Shown here one piece after another: positions 1-8,778 of a DNA stretch of 64,000 nt. A model generated the notes under the pieces. The model was not told the origin of the DNA. It did no database searches and saw only the letters and a list, made by a program, of their open reading frames with translations. A program made the translations under genes and the position numbers. Within the stretch, counting starts at the first letter, position 1, and each line of letters opens with the position of its first letter. Location of the stretch: assembly GCA_963662265.2 (NCBI GenBank), contig CAXXHA010000036.1, forward strand, positions 64,001-128,000, written 5' to 3'. The DNA is from Spirochaetia bacterium (lineage in GTDB: Bacteria > Spirochaetota > Spirochaetia > CADAEX01).

Positions 1-1
1 G

Positions 2-136
2 CTTTCCGGATCGCTGATTATTACATTTACATATCTCTCATCCCTTTTTTTCAGGGAAAAGGAATATGTCTATTCAGCTGTTACAGCTGCCCTTGTAATA
101 ATTATTTCAATTTCAGCAGTTTCATCTTTCTTCTAA
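2..136 (+). CDS. 3' end of a small membrane protein (partial, possibly DUF1634-like)
   Basis: Frame 2 is open from the window start and reads LSGSLIITFTYLSSLFFREKEYVYSAVTAALVIIISISAVSSFF*, two hydrophobic helices ending at TAA 134-136. Confidence 0.5.
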   Translation, partial: LSGSLIITFTYLSSLFFREKEYVYSAVTAALVIIISISAVSSFF

Positions 137-155
137 AATCTTCAAGGAGAATTTT

Positions 156-1004
156 TTGGATTATCTTATATCAGTATCCCATTCAGATTTTCACAGATTC
201 AGGAACAATATGGACAGGATCATCGAGATCTGTACAGTATCGGGCTTTCCCGGTATTGAGGGGCATCACAGCCTTTTTGAGGGACTTGATAATTCAGAAC
301 TTGAAGAGGCAGGGGAAGACTTGAGAGACGGCAATGTCAGAATTCCCACTTTTCATCTTCCCGGTTCATTAACTGATAAACTAAACCTTGTGAGCCCTGA
401 CATTGATAATGGAGAGACTGCGGTGAAAATCTATGAAGAGTGGATTGAAAAAGCTGCTCTTATAGGATTTAAAAAAGCTGTAATACACGGAACCACACAG
501 TTTGAAAATACAAGGCAGACAGAATTCGGCATCCTGTTTGACCGGTTTTCATCAAGGTTTGAAAAAATTCTTGAAGCAGCACAGAAACATGGTGTTGTAA
601 TTGCTCTCGAAAACCAGAACCCTTCAGTGGATGGAAGGTTCAGTTCAAGGGCTGAACATCTTCATGCTGTGCTGAAAAGGTTTGAATCAGAATTCTTCGG
701 TTTCTGTTTTGATTTCGGCCATGCTTATATAGCTTATTCCAATAATTTATCAGAGCTCTACGATGTCATGCAGGGGCATATCGAAGCTGTTCATGTTCAC
801 GGCAACTACGGGAAGGATGATATTCATCTTCCGCCGGGATACGGAAATGCAGACTGGGACATTGTAAAAACATATCTGAAAAAAATAAATATACCCTTTG
901 TCGATATAGAATCATCGCCTCATCCTTCTCTTGAAAATTTTTTCCCTTCTGACTGGAAAAAACTCTATACAGAAGTCTGTGAGCTGTTCGGACATGGTAT
1001 CTGA
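156..1004 (+). CDS. Sugar phosphate isomerase/epimerase (xylose isomerase-like/AP endonuclease 2 TIM barrel)
   Basis: Metal-binding motifs ALENQ, FDFGHAY and VHVHGNYGKDDIHLPPGYG; AGGAG RBS before the TTG start. Confidence 0.85.
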   Translation: MDYLISVSHSDFHRFRNNMDRIIEICTVSGFPGIEGHHSLFEGLDNSELEEAGEDLRDGNVRIPTFHLPGSLTDKLNLVSPDIDNGETAVKIYEEWIEKAALIGFKKAVIHGTTQFENTRQTEFGILFDRFSSRFEKILEAAQKHGVVIALENQNPSVDGRFSSRAEHLHAVLKRFESEFFGFCFDFGHAYIAYSNNLSELYDVMQGHIEAVHVHGNYGKDDIHLPPGYGNADWDIVKTYLKKINIPFVDIESSPHPSLENFFPSDWKKLYTEVCELFGHGI

Positions 1005-1083
1005 TAATAATATTTCAGCCTGATAATCTTCAGAAAATCATCACATATTTTTTTAATTACTATAAAAAAAAATAATATAATCA

Positions 1084-1092
1084 TGCTATAAT
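1084..1092 (+). promoter_or_regulatory. Putative extended -10 promoter element (TGcTATAAT) for the RND-TolC operon
   Basis: Perfect TGnTATAAT about 28 nt upstream of ATG 1120 in an AT-rich intergenic region. Confidence 0.45.
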
Positions 1093-1119
1093 CTAACATT
1101 AAATTTACAGGAATTTGGG

Positions 1120-4100
1120 ATGAAGAAAGTTATCAGCTATTTTGCGGAAAGGCACCTTCTTGCAAACTTTATCATAGCGGGAGTCATAATCGGGGCTGTT
1201 TTTTCCTGGCAGATGATCGGCAAGGAAGATATGCCTGATGTGACTTTTGATTTCATGAGAATAACTACAAGTTATAAAAATGCGACACCTGAAGATGTTG
1301 ATTTTTTCATAACTTCGGAAATAGAAGACTCCCTGAAGGGACTCAGCGGAATAAAAAAAATTACAAGCACATCATCAGGATCAAGAAGTTCCATTTCAGT
1401 TGAGCTTGAAGATGATAAGGAAGAAAGAGCTTCTGTCATATCAAATATTCAGACAGCTGTTCTTTCAGTAGATCTCCCCGGAGATGCCGGGACCCCCTCT
1501 TTCCGCCAGTTCAAGACATCTGAAAGAGCTATTATTGATATCGCGATTGTAAAAAAAGATACTGAATTCCTTGGAAAGAGGGACAGGGAAGAGCTTCAGG
1601 ACTTTGCAGTTTCTCTTCAGTCAAGGCTTGAAACACTTCCGACCATAAGGGAAGTTACGATTTCCGGAGAACTGGACAGAGAGATCCTGATTCAGCCTGA
1701 TCCTGTTCAGATGAGTTTTTATGATATTTCTGTCAATGAAATAATTGATGCTCTTGAATCAGGAAATGTTCGTACCCCGCTTGGAGTGCTTGATAACGGG
1801 GAAGAGATTAAAGTATCAATGATTTCAGAACTTGATTCAATTGATAAAATCAGGAACCTGATTGTCAGGGGTACTTTTGAGGGCACTGTTGTCCGCCTGG
1901 GGCAGATTGCATCTGTAAATGAGGATTTCACGGAAAATACATCTATCGTGAAATTCAACGGGAGGGAAGGTGTCAGGCTCAATGTTGTAAAAAAAGCAGA
2001 CAGCAGTATACTTGATTCCAATCTTGAGGTTGTCAATGAAGTTGAAAAAATCAGCTCTTCGATGTCGGAATCTGATATTGAACTGATTCTGATGGATGAT
2101 GAATCAGAATCAGTAAGGGAAAGGCTTTCTCTTGTCTCAATTAACGGACTTATAGGATTTATTCTGATCCTGCTGACATTGTTTATCTTTCTCAGCTTTT
2201 CAAGCGGTATCTGGGTTGCTGCAGGAATTCCTTTCAGTTTCAGCTTTACTCTGCTGTTCCTCTATCTTGCCGGCTACACTATAAACAACATGACACTGGC
2301 TGCAATTATTATTGTCATGGGGATGATTGTTGATGATGCCATAGTTGTCGCGGAAAATGTCACAAGGCAGATAAGTTCAGGAATTCCGAGAAAAAAGGCA
2401 GTTATTGAAGGGACTGATTATGTTGTGAAGCCTATAATTGCCAGTATCGTGACTACCTGTGTCGCTTTTCTTCCCCTTTATTTCTTTTCAGGCCATTTCG
2501 GTAAATTTGTTTTCTTTATTCCGCTGGTTATCATACTGATGCTGGGGGGAAGTCTTTTTGAGGCGCTTTTTATCCTGCCGTCTCATCTTTCTGTGAAATT
2601 CCCGTGGGAAAGGGAGGGAAAAAAAAGAAGGAAACACTGGTTTGAATATGTTGAAAAACTGTACGGAATATTTCTGGAGCATATTCTAAAGATGAGGTTC
2701 CTTGTTTACATATTTTTCATACTCCTGATTGCCGGCTCTTTTTATATTGCAAAAGAAAAAATGAAATTTGTCATGTTCCCGCGGGAAGAAGCAACCTCTG
2801 TTAGGGTAGATGCATATGCCCCTGACGGAACAGACAGGTATGAAACAGCAGCAATGGCTGCAGATGTCGAGAATATTTTTATCCCTTATCTGGGTAACGA
2901 GGTTAAATCATTCAGGACAAATATAGCACGAAGTAGGAGGGGCGGGGCTGTTGAAGATAACAGGTTTACCATGCGTATTGAGATAGTAAATGCGGATAAA
3001 AGGGAAAAATCGCTTAAACAGCTTACTTCCGAATGGAACAGGGAAATAAAGAAGCTCAAAGGGTTTAAAGAGGTCAAAATACTCAGAAGCAGGTTCGGCC
3101 AGTCAAGCGGAAGTGCTGTAGAGATAAAAGTGCAGGACAATAACGCCGGGGTCAGAAACGGTGCTGCCGAGCTTGTAAAAGAGAGACTCTCTGCTTTTGA
3201 AAGCATATCAGAGGCGGAAGTTGAAAAGCCCAAGATGAATTCCGAATACCATGTTGAAATTGATTCCGGAGCGCTTAATAAGCTTTCTGTTTCTGAATCA
3301 TCTGTTGTGACTGTTCTGAAAACAGCTCTCAACGGGATAAATGTTTTTGATATAAGCAGGGACGGAACTGATATTGAGGTCAATGTTATTCTTCCCGGAA
3401 TAAATACAGACAGTATTGAAAAAATCATGTCGCTTACAGTGAACAACAGAAACGGCTACTCTGTCCCTCTGTACAGCCTTATCAGCTACAGTGAAGTGAG
3501 AATGGCAGATTCTGTAAACCGTGAAGACTTTGTCAGAACTGTCAGGGTTTACGGGGATCTCAAAGAGGGTAGTTCTGTTACTCCGCTTCAGATAGCAGGG
3601 ATCCTGGAATCAGGAGTGTTTAATGAGGTCCAGGCAGAATACCCGACAGCATCTCTCAGTTTTGCCGGTGAGATTGAAGATTCACGGGAATCTGGCAATG
3701 AAATAATCTATTCTGTTACTGCTGTAATAATACTGATATATATCATACTGGCGCTTCTCTTCAATTCACTCTACAAACCTTTCATGATACTCCTTGCAGT
3801 TCCTTTCGGAGTTGCAGGGGTAATTTATGCGCTCTATTTTCACGAAATTACGCTTTACGGATTTTTCTCTGCAATCGGGGTTATAGGTCTTTCAGGTGTA
3901 GTTATAAATGATGCAATTGTCCTGATTGTGAAACTTGAAAGGGAATTGGACGGAAAAAAAGATATTACTGTCAAAGATATTGCAGATATAGCAAGGACAA
4001 GACTTAGGGCTGTTTTCCTGACTACAATCACAACAGTTGCAGGTCTTCTTCCCACTGCATACGGAGTTGCAGGGTATGACTCAATGCTTTCAGATATGAT

Positions 4101-4332
4101 GCTTGTGATGGCCTGGGGACTTATTTTCGGAACACTTATAACTCTTGTTCTTATTCCAATGCTGTATCTTTCGATTGTAAGAATCCAGGGAAGGTATGCA
4201 GGTATTATAAATCCCGGCTCTTATCAAAACAATTCCGGGGAAAAACAAGACGGCTTTTCCGGTGATATTCCGGGACATGCATTATCTGCGGAAATCAGCT
4301 GCCCAAATACTGAAAACGGAGAGCGACTATGA
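1120..4332 (+). CDS. RND efflux transporter permease (AcrB/AcrD/AcrF family)
   Basis: 1070 aa with a 12-TM pattern; TM4 GMIVDDAIVVAENV, TM10 GVVINDAIVL, TM11 RLRAVFLTTITT. Confidence 0.95.
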   Translation: MKKVISYFAERHLLANFIIAGVIIGAVFSWQMIGKEDMPDVTFDFMRITTSYKNATPEDVDFFITSEIEDSLKGLSGIKKITSTSSGSRSSISVELEDDKEERASVISNIQTAVLSVDLPGDAGTPSFRQFKTSERAIIDIAIVKKDTEFLGKRDREELQDFAVSLQSRLETLPTIREVTISGELDREILIQPDPVQMSFYDISVNEIIDALESGNVRTPLGVLDNGEEIKVSMISELDSIDKIRNLIVRGTFEGTVVRLGQIASVNEDFTENTSIVKFNGREGVRLNVVKKADSSILDSNLEVVNEVEKISSSMSESDIELILMDDESESVRERLSLVSINGLIGFILILLTLFIFLSFSSGIWVAAGIPFSFSFTLLFLYLAGYTINNMTLAAIIIVMGMIVDDAIVVAENVTRQISSGIPRKKAVIEGTDYVVKPIIASIVTTCVAFLPLYFFSGHFGKFVFFIPLVIILMLGGSLFEALFILPSHLSVKFPWEREGKKRRKHWFEYVEKLYGIFLEHILKMRFLVYIFFILLIAGSFYIAKEKMKFVMFPREEATSVRVDAYAPDGTDRYETAAMAADVENIFIPYLGNEVKSFRTNIARSRRGGAVEDNRFTMRIEIVNADKREKSLKQLTSEWNREIKKLKGFKEVKILRSRFGQSSGSAVEIKVQDNNAGVRNGAAELVKERLSAFESISEAEVEKPKMNSEYHVEIDSGALNKLSVSESSVVTVLKTALNGINVFDISRDGTDIEVNVILPGINTDSIEKIMSLTVNNRNGYSVPLYSLISYSEVRMADSVNREDFVRTVRVYGDLKEGSSVTPLQIAGILESGVFNEVQAEYPTASLSFAGEIEDSRESGNEIIYSVTAVIILIYIILALLFNSLYKPFMILLAVPFGVAGVIYALYFHEITLYGFFSAIGVIGLSGVVINDAIVLIVKLERELDGKKDITVKDIADIARTRLRAVFLTTITTVAGLLPTAYGVAGYDSMLSDMMLVMAWGLIFGTLITLVLIPMLYLSIVRIQGRYAGIINPGSYQNNSGEKQDGFSGDIPGHALSAEISCPNTENGERL

Positions 4333-5756
4333 AACATCACTGCAGACTTGCACTGCTTTTTCTGATTTTTATCTTTACTTCCTGGTATGCTGCCTCAGAA
4401 TCAGGACCTGAAAATATTAAAGAGAATAAACAGCTTTCGCTGGATGATTTCATTAAACTCAGCTGTGAATCAAATCCAGAATTCAGGAAAATCATTATAG
4501 ACCGTCTCTATCTTGAATACAGTGATGATCTCAACCTCGATATGGGAGAACTTATTGCAGGATTTGAAACCGGGTATCTTTATTCACTTGATACAGACAA
4601 AGACGGATTTACCGGGGGTGTCACAGTAAGCAGGCTTTTTGCAGAAACAGCCACTGAAGTCTCATCAGAATATAATACAGCTCCGGTAAATGCGGAAAGG
4701 AGTTCCTCCCTTAATTTTAAAATATCCCAGGAAATTGCGGAAAACAGCTTCGGCAGAAAGTGGCGGCTTGAAAAAGAATCCAATGATTTTAAAAAGGAAC
4801 TGATACTCTATAAAACTGCGGAAGCTTATGAGGATTATTTTTATTACCTGGTCACTCTTTACTATAACTGGATTAGTTCCTGGCGAGAACTTGAATCTGC
4901 GGAAAAATCATACAGGGAAAGTCAGAAACTGTTTGATAATATTGTTTTGAGATTGAAAAGCAGAATAGCCGATCAGGAAGATGTCAACCGTTCAGAGCTC
5001 CAGCTTCTGTCAAAAATGGAAGATGTTTCTACTGCTGAAAACAAGTATGAAAAAAACACTATAACTGTGTATGATGCGGCAGGAATTTCTGCCGGTTCCG
5101 GCTTTATCCCTTCTGCAGGGGATGCGGGATTTGATTATTCAGGTGAAGAAATATTTAAAAACAGCAGCATGAAAAAGGGTAGCAGAACATACAGAATCCT
5201 TGATATTTCCGAGAAAATAGGTATTAAAAATGTGGAAATCGGGAAGAACAGTCTTCTTCCCGGGATATCAATGTTTACCTCTTTTTCCCTTTCCGGTGCA
5301 GAGTACAGTTTCTCCGGCGACAGGGAAAGAGTATTGAGTCTCGGGCTGGAACTTAAAGATATCGGGAAGGACAGGAAGGAGAAAGCAGAACTCGAAACAG
5401 CAGGAATTGATCTTGAAAAGATAAGACTTGAAAACAGGATAACCAGGAAAGACCTTGATATTAAACTCCTTGCCTATTCAAAGGATATTGAGAACAGGAT
5501 CCGGCTTGCGGAAATTTATGAGAAGAAAAAGGTTCTTGCGGAAAAAATACTCGAGCAGGAGAGAAAACTCTACAGCATAGGCAAGACAGATCTCAGCAGC
5601 CTTATAGATGCCATAAATACACTCGACCAGAACAGGAAGAAAAAGCTTGATTATGAATCTGAACTGAATATTCTAATCGCAGGATGGCTGAATCTCACAG
5701 ATTCCCTTGTAAGTGAAAAAGAAGCAGGAAGTTCCGGTTTCAGATCAGCTTTTTAA
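4329..5756 (+). CDS. TolC-family outer membrane protein
   Basis: ATGA overlap with the RND gene; signal peptide; long coiled-coil helices; YSIGKTDLSSLIDA motif typical of OEP repeats. Confidence 0.8.
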   Translation: MKHHCRLALLFLIFIFTSWYAASESGPENIKENKQLSLDDFIKLSCESNPEFRKIIIDRLYLEYSDDLNLDMGELIAGFETGYLYSLDTDKDGFTGGVTVSRLFAETATEVSSEYNTAPVNAERSSSLNFKISQEIAENSFGRKWRLEKESNDFKKELILYKTAEAYEDYFYYLVTLYYNWISSWRELESAEKSYRESQKLFDNIVLRLKSRIADQEDVNRSELQLLSKMEDVSTAENKYEKNTITVYDAAGISAGSGFIPSAGDAGFDYSGEEIFKNSSMKKGSRTYRILDISEKIGIKNVEIGKNSLLPGISMFTSFSLSGAEYSFSGDRERVLSLGLELKDIGKDRKEKAELETAGIDLEKIRLENRITRKDLDIKLLAYSKDIENRIRLAEIYEKKKVLAEKILEQERKLYSIGKTDLSSLIDAINTLDQNRKKKLDYESELNILIAGWLNLTDSLVSEKEAGSSGFRSAF

Positions 5757-6007
5757 AACACCAAATTAAATATAGCTTGTAAATCCCCTTTCATTAGAAT
5801 ATTTAAATAATATTCTCAACCCGGATTATATAGTTTTTCAGTGCGGAATTCGTTTGTTTTTTCCTATTCAAAGGATTAAAATTTGAAGAGTGAGGGACCT
5901 GCCCCTTATCGGGAAACAGGAAAGCCTGTTTTCATTGCTTTTCTATTTTGCTTCATGGGACAGATACCTGTATTCTTACTTTTCATTTTTGCATACAGGA
6001 AGGAATC

Positions 6008-6784
6008 ATGAAATACTGCACCATTACAGATACAGGAAAAATCCGAAAGAACAATGAAGATTATATAGCGGTTTTTGACAATTACAGCAGCTATGGAATT
6101 GAATCAATTAATACTGAAGAACATGGGAAGCTTTTTGTGCTGTGTGACGGCATGGGAGGTGTTCCGGGCGGTGAAGTTGCCAGTAAAATGGCATGTGAAA
6201 TGCTGATGAAGGAATATTATACAACTGACCGATCTGATTATGAAAACTGTGAAGATACCGGGTATCTGCTTTCCCTGATGATAAAGGATATCAGCCGGAG
6301 GATAATGATACACGGGCTCAACAATACCAGGTATTACGGAATGGGAACAACACTTGTGTCTCTGCTTGTCAAGGATGAAGAGTCCTATATCAACTCTGTA
6401 GGAGACAGCAGGCTCTATTGTTTCAGGGACAATGACCTCAGGCAGATTACTGAAGACCAGTCTCTGGTCTGGACTCTTTATAAAAAGGGTATATTAACAA
6501 AGGATGAACTCCGCCTTCATCCGGAAAACAACATACTTACCTATGCTGTGGGTTCAGAAGTCTACCTTACTGCAGATAATGTTAACCGGTACTGCTGCCC
6601 CCATAAGAAGGGGGATCTTTTTCTGATATGCAGTGACGGACTTACAGATATGGTATCTGAAATGGATATACAGGCTATTCTTGAAGCTGATGATGAAATA
6701 GAAAAAGCTGCAGACAGGCTTCTTGAAACAGCTCTTCTGGAAGGGGGGAAAGACAATATAAGCATGGTGCTTGTCAGGATTTGA
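6008..6784 (+). CDS. PP2C-family Ser/Thr protein phosphatase (PrpC/Stp1-like)
   Basis: Motifs TDTGKIRKNNED, LCDGMGG, MGTT, VGDSRLY, CSDGL and GGKDNIS; start placed at ATG 6008 after a GGAAGGA RBS. Confidence 0.93.
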   Translation: MKYCTITDTGKIRKNNEDYIAVFDNYSSYGIESINTEEHGKLFVLCDGMGGVPGGEVASKMACEMLMKEYYTTDRSDYENCEDTGYLLSLMIKDISRRIMIHGLNNTRYYGMGTTLVSLLVKDEESYINSVGDSRLYCFRDNDLRQITEDQSLVWTLYKKGILTKDELRLHPENNILTYAVGSEVYLTADNVNRYCCPHKKGDLFLICSDGLTDMVSEMDIQAILEADDEIEKAADRLLETALLEGGKDNISMVLVRI

Positions 6785-6837
6785 TTGACAGGGCTGCAGT
6801 TTTCCGCATAACAGACTCATTCCGGCTGGAATTCAAT

Positions 6838-7326
6838 TCAGTACTGTGTAAGCTCCCCCTCTATTGAAAGACCCGGAAAGCCAAGCTGTCTCAGCGCTTC
6901 GTATGCTGCAATTGCGGCTGAGTTTGAAAGGTTCAGAGATCTTGATTCCTGTTTCATCGGAATTCGTATGCATCTTTCGTAATTATCATGAAGCAGTTTT
7001 TCCGGCAGCCCTTTTGTCTCCTTTCCGAAAAAAAGATATGAATTTTCTGTGTACTTAGCTTCTGTATATTTTTTTCTCCCTTTTGTTGTCACGAAAAAAC
7101 AGTCTTCAGGTTTCCTTTTCTTCATAAAGTCATCCAGGTTTTCATATATTGTAACACTAACCTGGTTCCAGTAATCAAGACCGGCCCTTTTCAGATACCT
7201 GTCATCAACTGAAAAACCAAGCGGTTTGATTAGATGAAGATTTATCCCTGTTGCAGCGCATGTTCTTGCTATATTTCCTGTATTCTGCGGTATTTCAGGT
7301 TCTACAAGCACTATATTTAATCCCAT
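6838..7326 (-). CDS. trmL: tRNA (cytidine/uridine-2'-O)-methyltransferase TrmL
   Basis: Motifs EPEIPQNTGNIARTC, RAGLDYW, FGKETKGLP and RSLNLSNS. Confidence 0.95.
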   Translation of the reverse strand: MGLNIVLVEPEIPQNTGNIARTCAATGINLHLIKPLGFSVDDRYLKRAGLDYWNQVSVTIYENLDDFMKKRKPEDCFFVTTKGRKKYTEAKYTENSYLFFGKETKGLPEKLLHDNYERCIRIPMKQESRSLNLSNSAAIAAYEALRQLGFPGLSIEGELTQY

Positions 7327-7380
7327 TGAATCCTCCGTCCGAAATTATAGATATATTAACATGGAGTATAAAGAGTACAT

Positions 7381-7647
7381 TTGAATTTAAAGAAAAAAAA
7401 AGCCTGGTACATATATATTATTGAGTGTGCAGACGGAACATATTATACTGGAATAACTACAGATACAGAAAGACGGATTGCTGAACACAATACATCAGGT
7501 ATTAAAGGTGCCAGATATACACGTGCAAGAAGACCTGTAAAACTTGTTTACTCCGAAAGAGTATCAGGCAGGTCGGAAGCTCTTAAACGGGAGAGCCGGA
7601 TTAAAAAAATGAGCAGAGCTGTAAAGGAAAAGCTTGTTTCCCGCTGA
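7381..7647 (+). CDS. GIY-YIG nuclease (UPF0213/YhbQ-like)
   Basis: Motifs YIYIIECADGTYYTGITTD, RIAEHN, GARYTRARRP and ALKRE. Confidence 0.9.
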   Translation: MNLKKKKAWYIYIIECADGTYYTGITTDTERRIAEHNTSGIKGARYTRARRPVKLVYSERVSGRSEALKRESRIKKMSRAVKEKLVSR

Positions 7648-8738
7648 TGTGTTTACCGGAGGATTTTTTGGATACAATAAATTACAGTACTATTACACAA
7701 TGCGATTCTGAAGAACTTGTAAAACTTTCATTTTTTAATAATATTGGTAAGAGTATAGCATCTTCAAGAAGCCTTAAGAAAACTATTGAAAAGGTTATGG
7801 ATCATATAGGCGAGATATTTGCTCCCTATAACTGGTCACTTCTGCTTCGGAATCACACAACCGGAGACCTTACTTTCTATTCCGTGACAGGGGAAGCAAC
7901 AGAATCCCTTACAGGGAAAATTGTTAAAAAGGGAAAGGGTATTGTCGGATGGATAGCTGAAAACGGCAAATCCCTGATTATTGAAGATGTCAGTAAAGAT
8001 AAAAGATTTGACGGATCGTTTGATGAGATGAGCGGGTTTACGACAGAATCAATTATCGGTGTTCCTCTGAAAAGCAACGGAAAAGTATTCGGTGTTATAG
8101 AACTGGTCAATAAGCTTGATCTCACAGCTTTTACAGCATTTGACCTCAAGCTTCTCACAACAATTGCTGATTTTGCGGCAATCGCAATAGAAAAAGTTTA
8201 TTATCTTGCAAGGCTCAAAAAAATGGTCAATATTGATCCCCTTACAGGAGTCTATAACAGACGGTTTCTTCAGTTTTATCTTCAGAAGGAGCTTATGAGA
8301 AACAAAAGGGATAATACAGTTCTTTCTCTGCTCTTTATTGATATAGATGATTTCAAGATGCTTAACGATTCAAACGGGCATATTGCGGGAGATGAAATCT
8401 TAAAGGATGTTACTTCTGCTGTTTCCGATTCCATCAGGTCCTCAGATTCCCTTTTCCGTTTCGGGGGAGATGAATTTGTTGTGCTTCTTCCCAAAACAGA
8501 GAAAAAATCTGCAGAGAAAATTAGGGAACGTATAAACAGGACAATTAAAAAGCGTAAATTCCGGATCAGGTATTCTGTTACTACAGGATGTTTTCAGGCC
8601 GGATGTGAATCAGCGGAAGAGGTACTTTCCCTGGTTGATAAAGACATGTACCGCAATAAAAAAATGGGTAAAAACAGCAACGGCATTGATCTGTCTCTTC
8701 ACATAGAGGAGGAGATTGAATCTGAAGAAAACAGCTAA
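7647..8738 (+). CDS. GAF-domain diguanylate cyclase
   Basis: GAF domain (GKGIVGW...SIIGVPL...GVIELVNK) followed by DPLTGVYNRR and RSSD-x5-GGDEF, so the I-site is present. Confidence 0.93.
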   Translation: MCLPEDFLDTINYSTITQCDSEELVKLSFFNNIGKSIASSRSLKKTIEKVMDHIGEIFAPYNWSLLLRNHTTGDLTFYSVTGEATESLTGKIVKKGKGIVGWIAENGKSLIIEDVSKDKRFDGSFDEMSGFTTESIIGVPLKSNGKVFGVIELVNKLDLTAFTAFDLKLLTTIADFAAIAIEKVYYLARLKKMVNIDPLTGVYNRRFLQFYLQKELMRNKRDNTVLSLLFIDIDDFKMLNDSNGHIAGDEILKDVTSAVSDSIRSSDSLFRFGGDEFVVLLPKTEKKSAEKIRERINRTIKKRKFRIRYSVTTGCFQAGCESAEEVLSLVDKDMYRNKKMGKNSNGIDLSLHIEEEIESEENS

Positions 8739-8778
8739 TAATTACATAAAGATTTTTAAAAATAAAGAATGATATAAA

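Noticed and set aside
5883-5940. GAAGAGTGAGGGACCTGCCCC...GAAACAGG-AAAG-CCTGTTTT upstream of the PP2C gene, superficially SAM-I riboswitch-like
   Set aside because: It lacks the conserved GCAACC, GGTGC and GATGA elements, and the downstream gene is unrelated to methionine metabolism; probably a simple hairpin.
7381-7647. GIY-YIG protein as a homing endonuclease or defence nuclease
   Set aside because: It is an 88-aa stand-alone YhbQ-type protein, which is widespread, and has no intron or mobile context.
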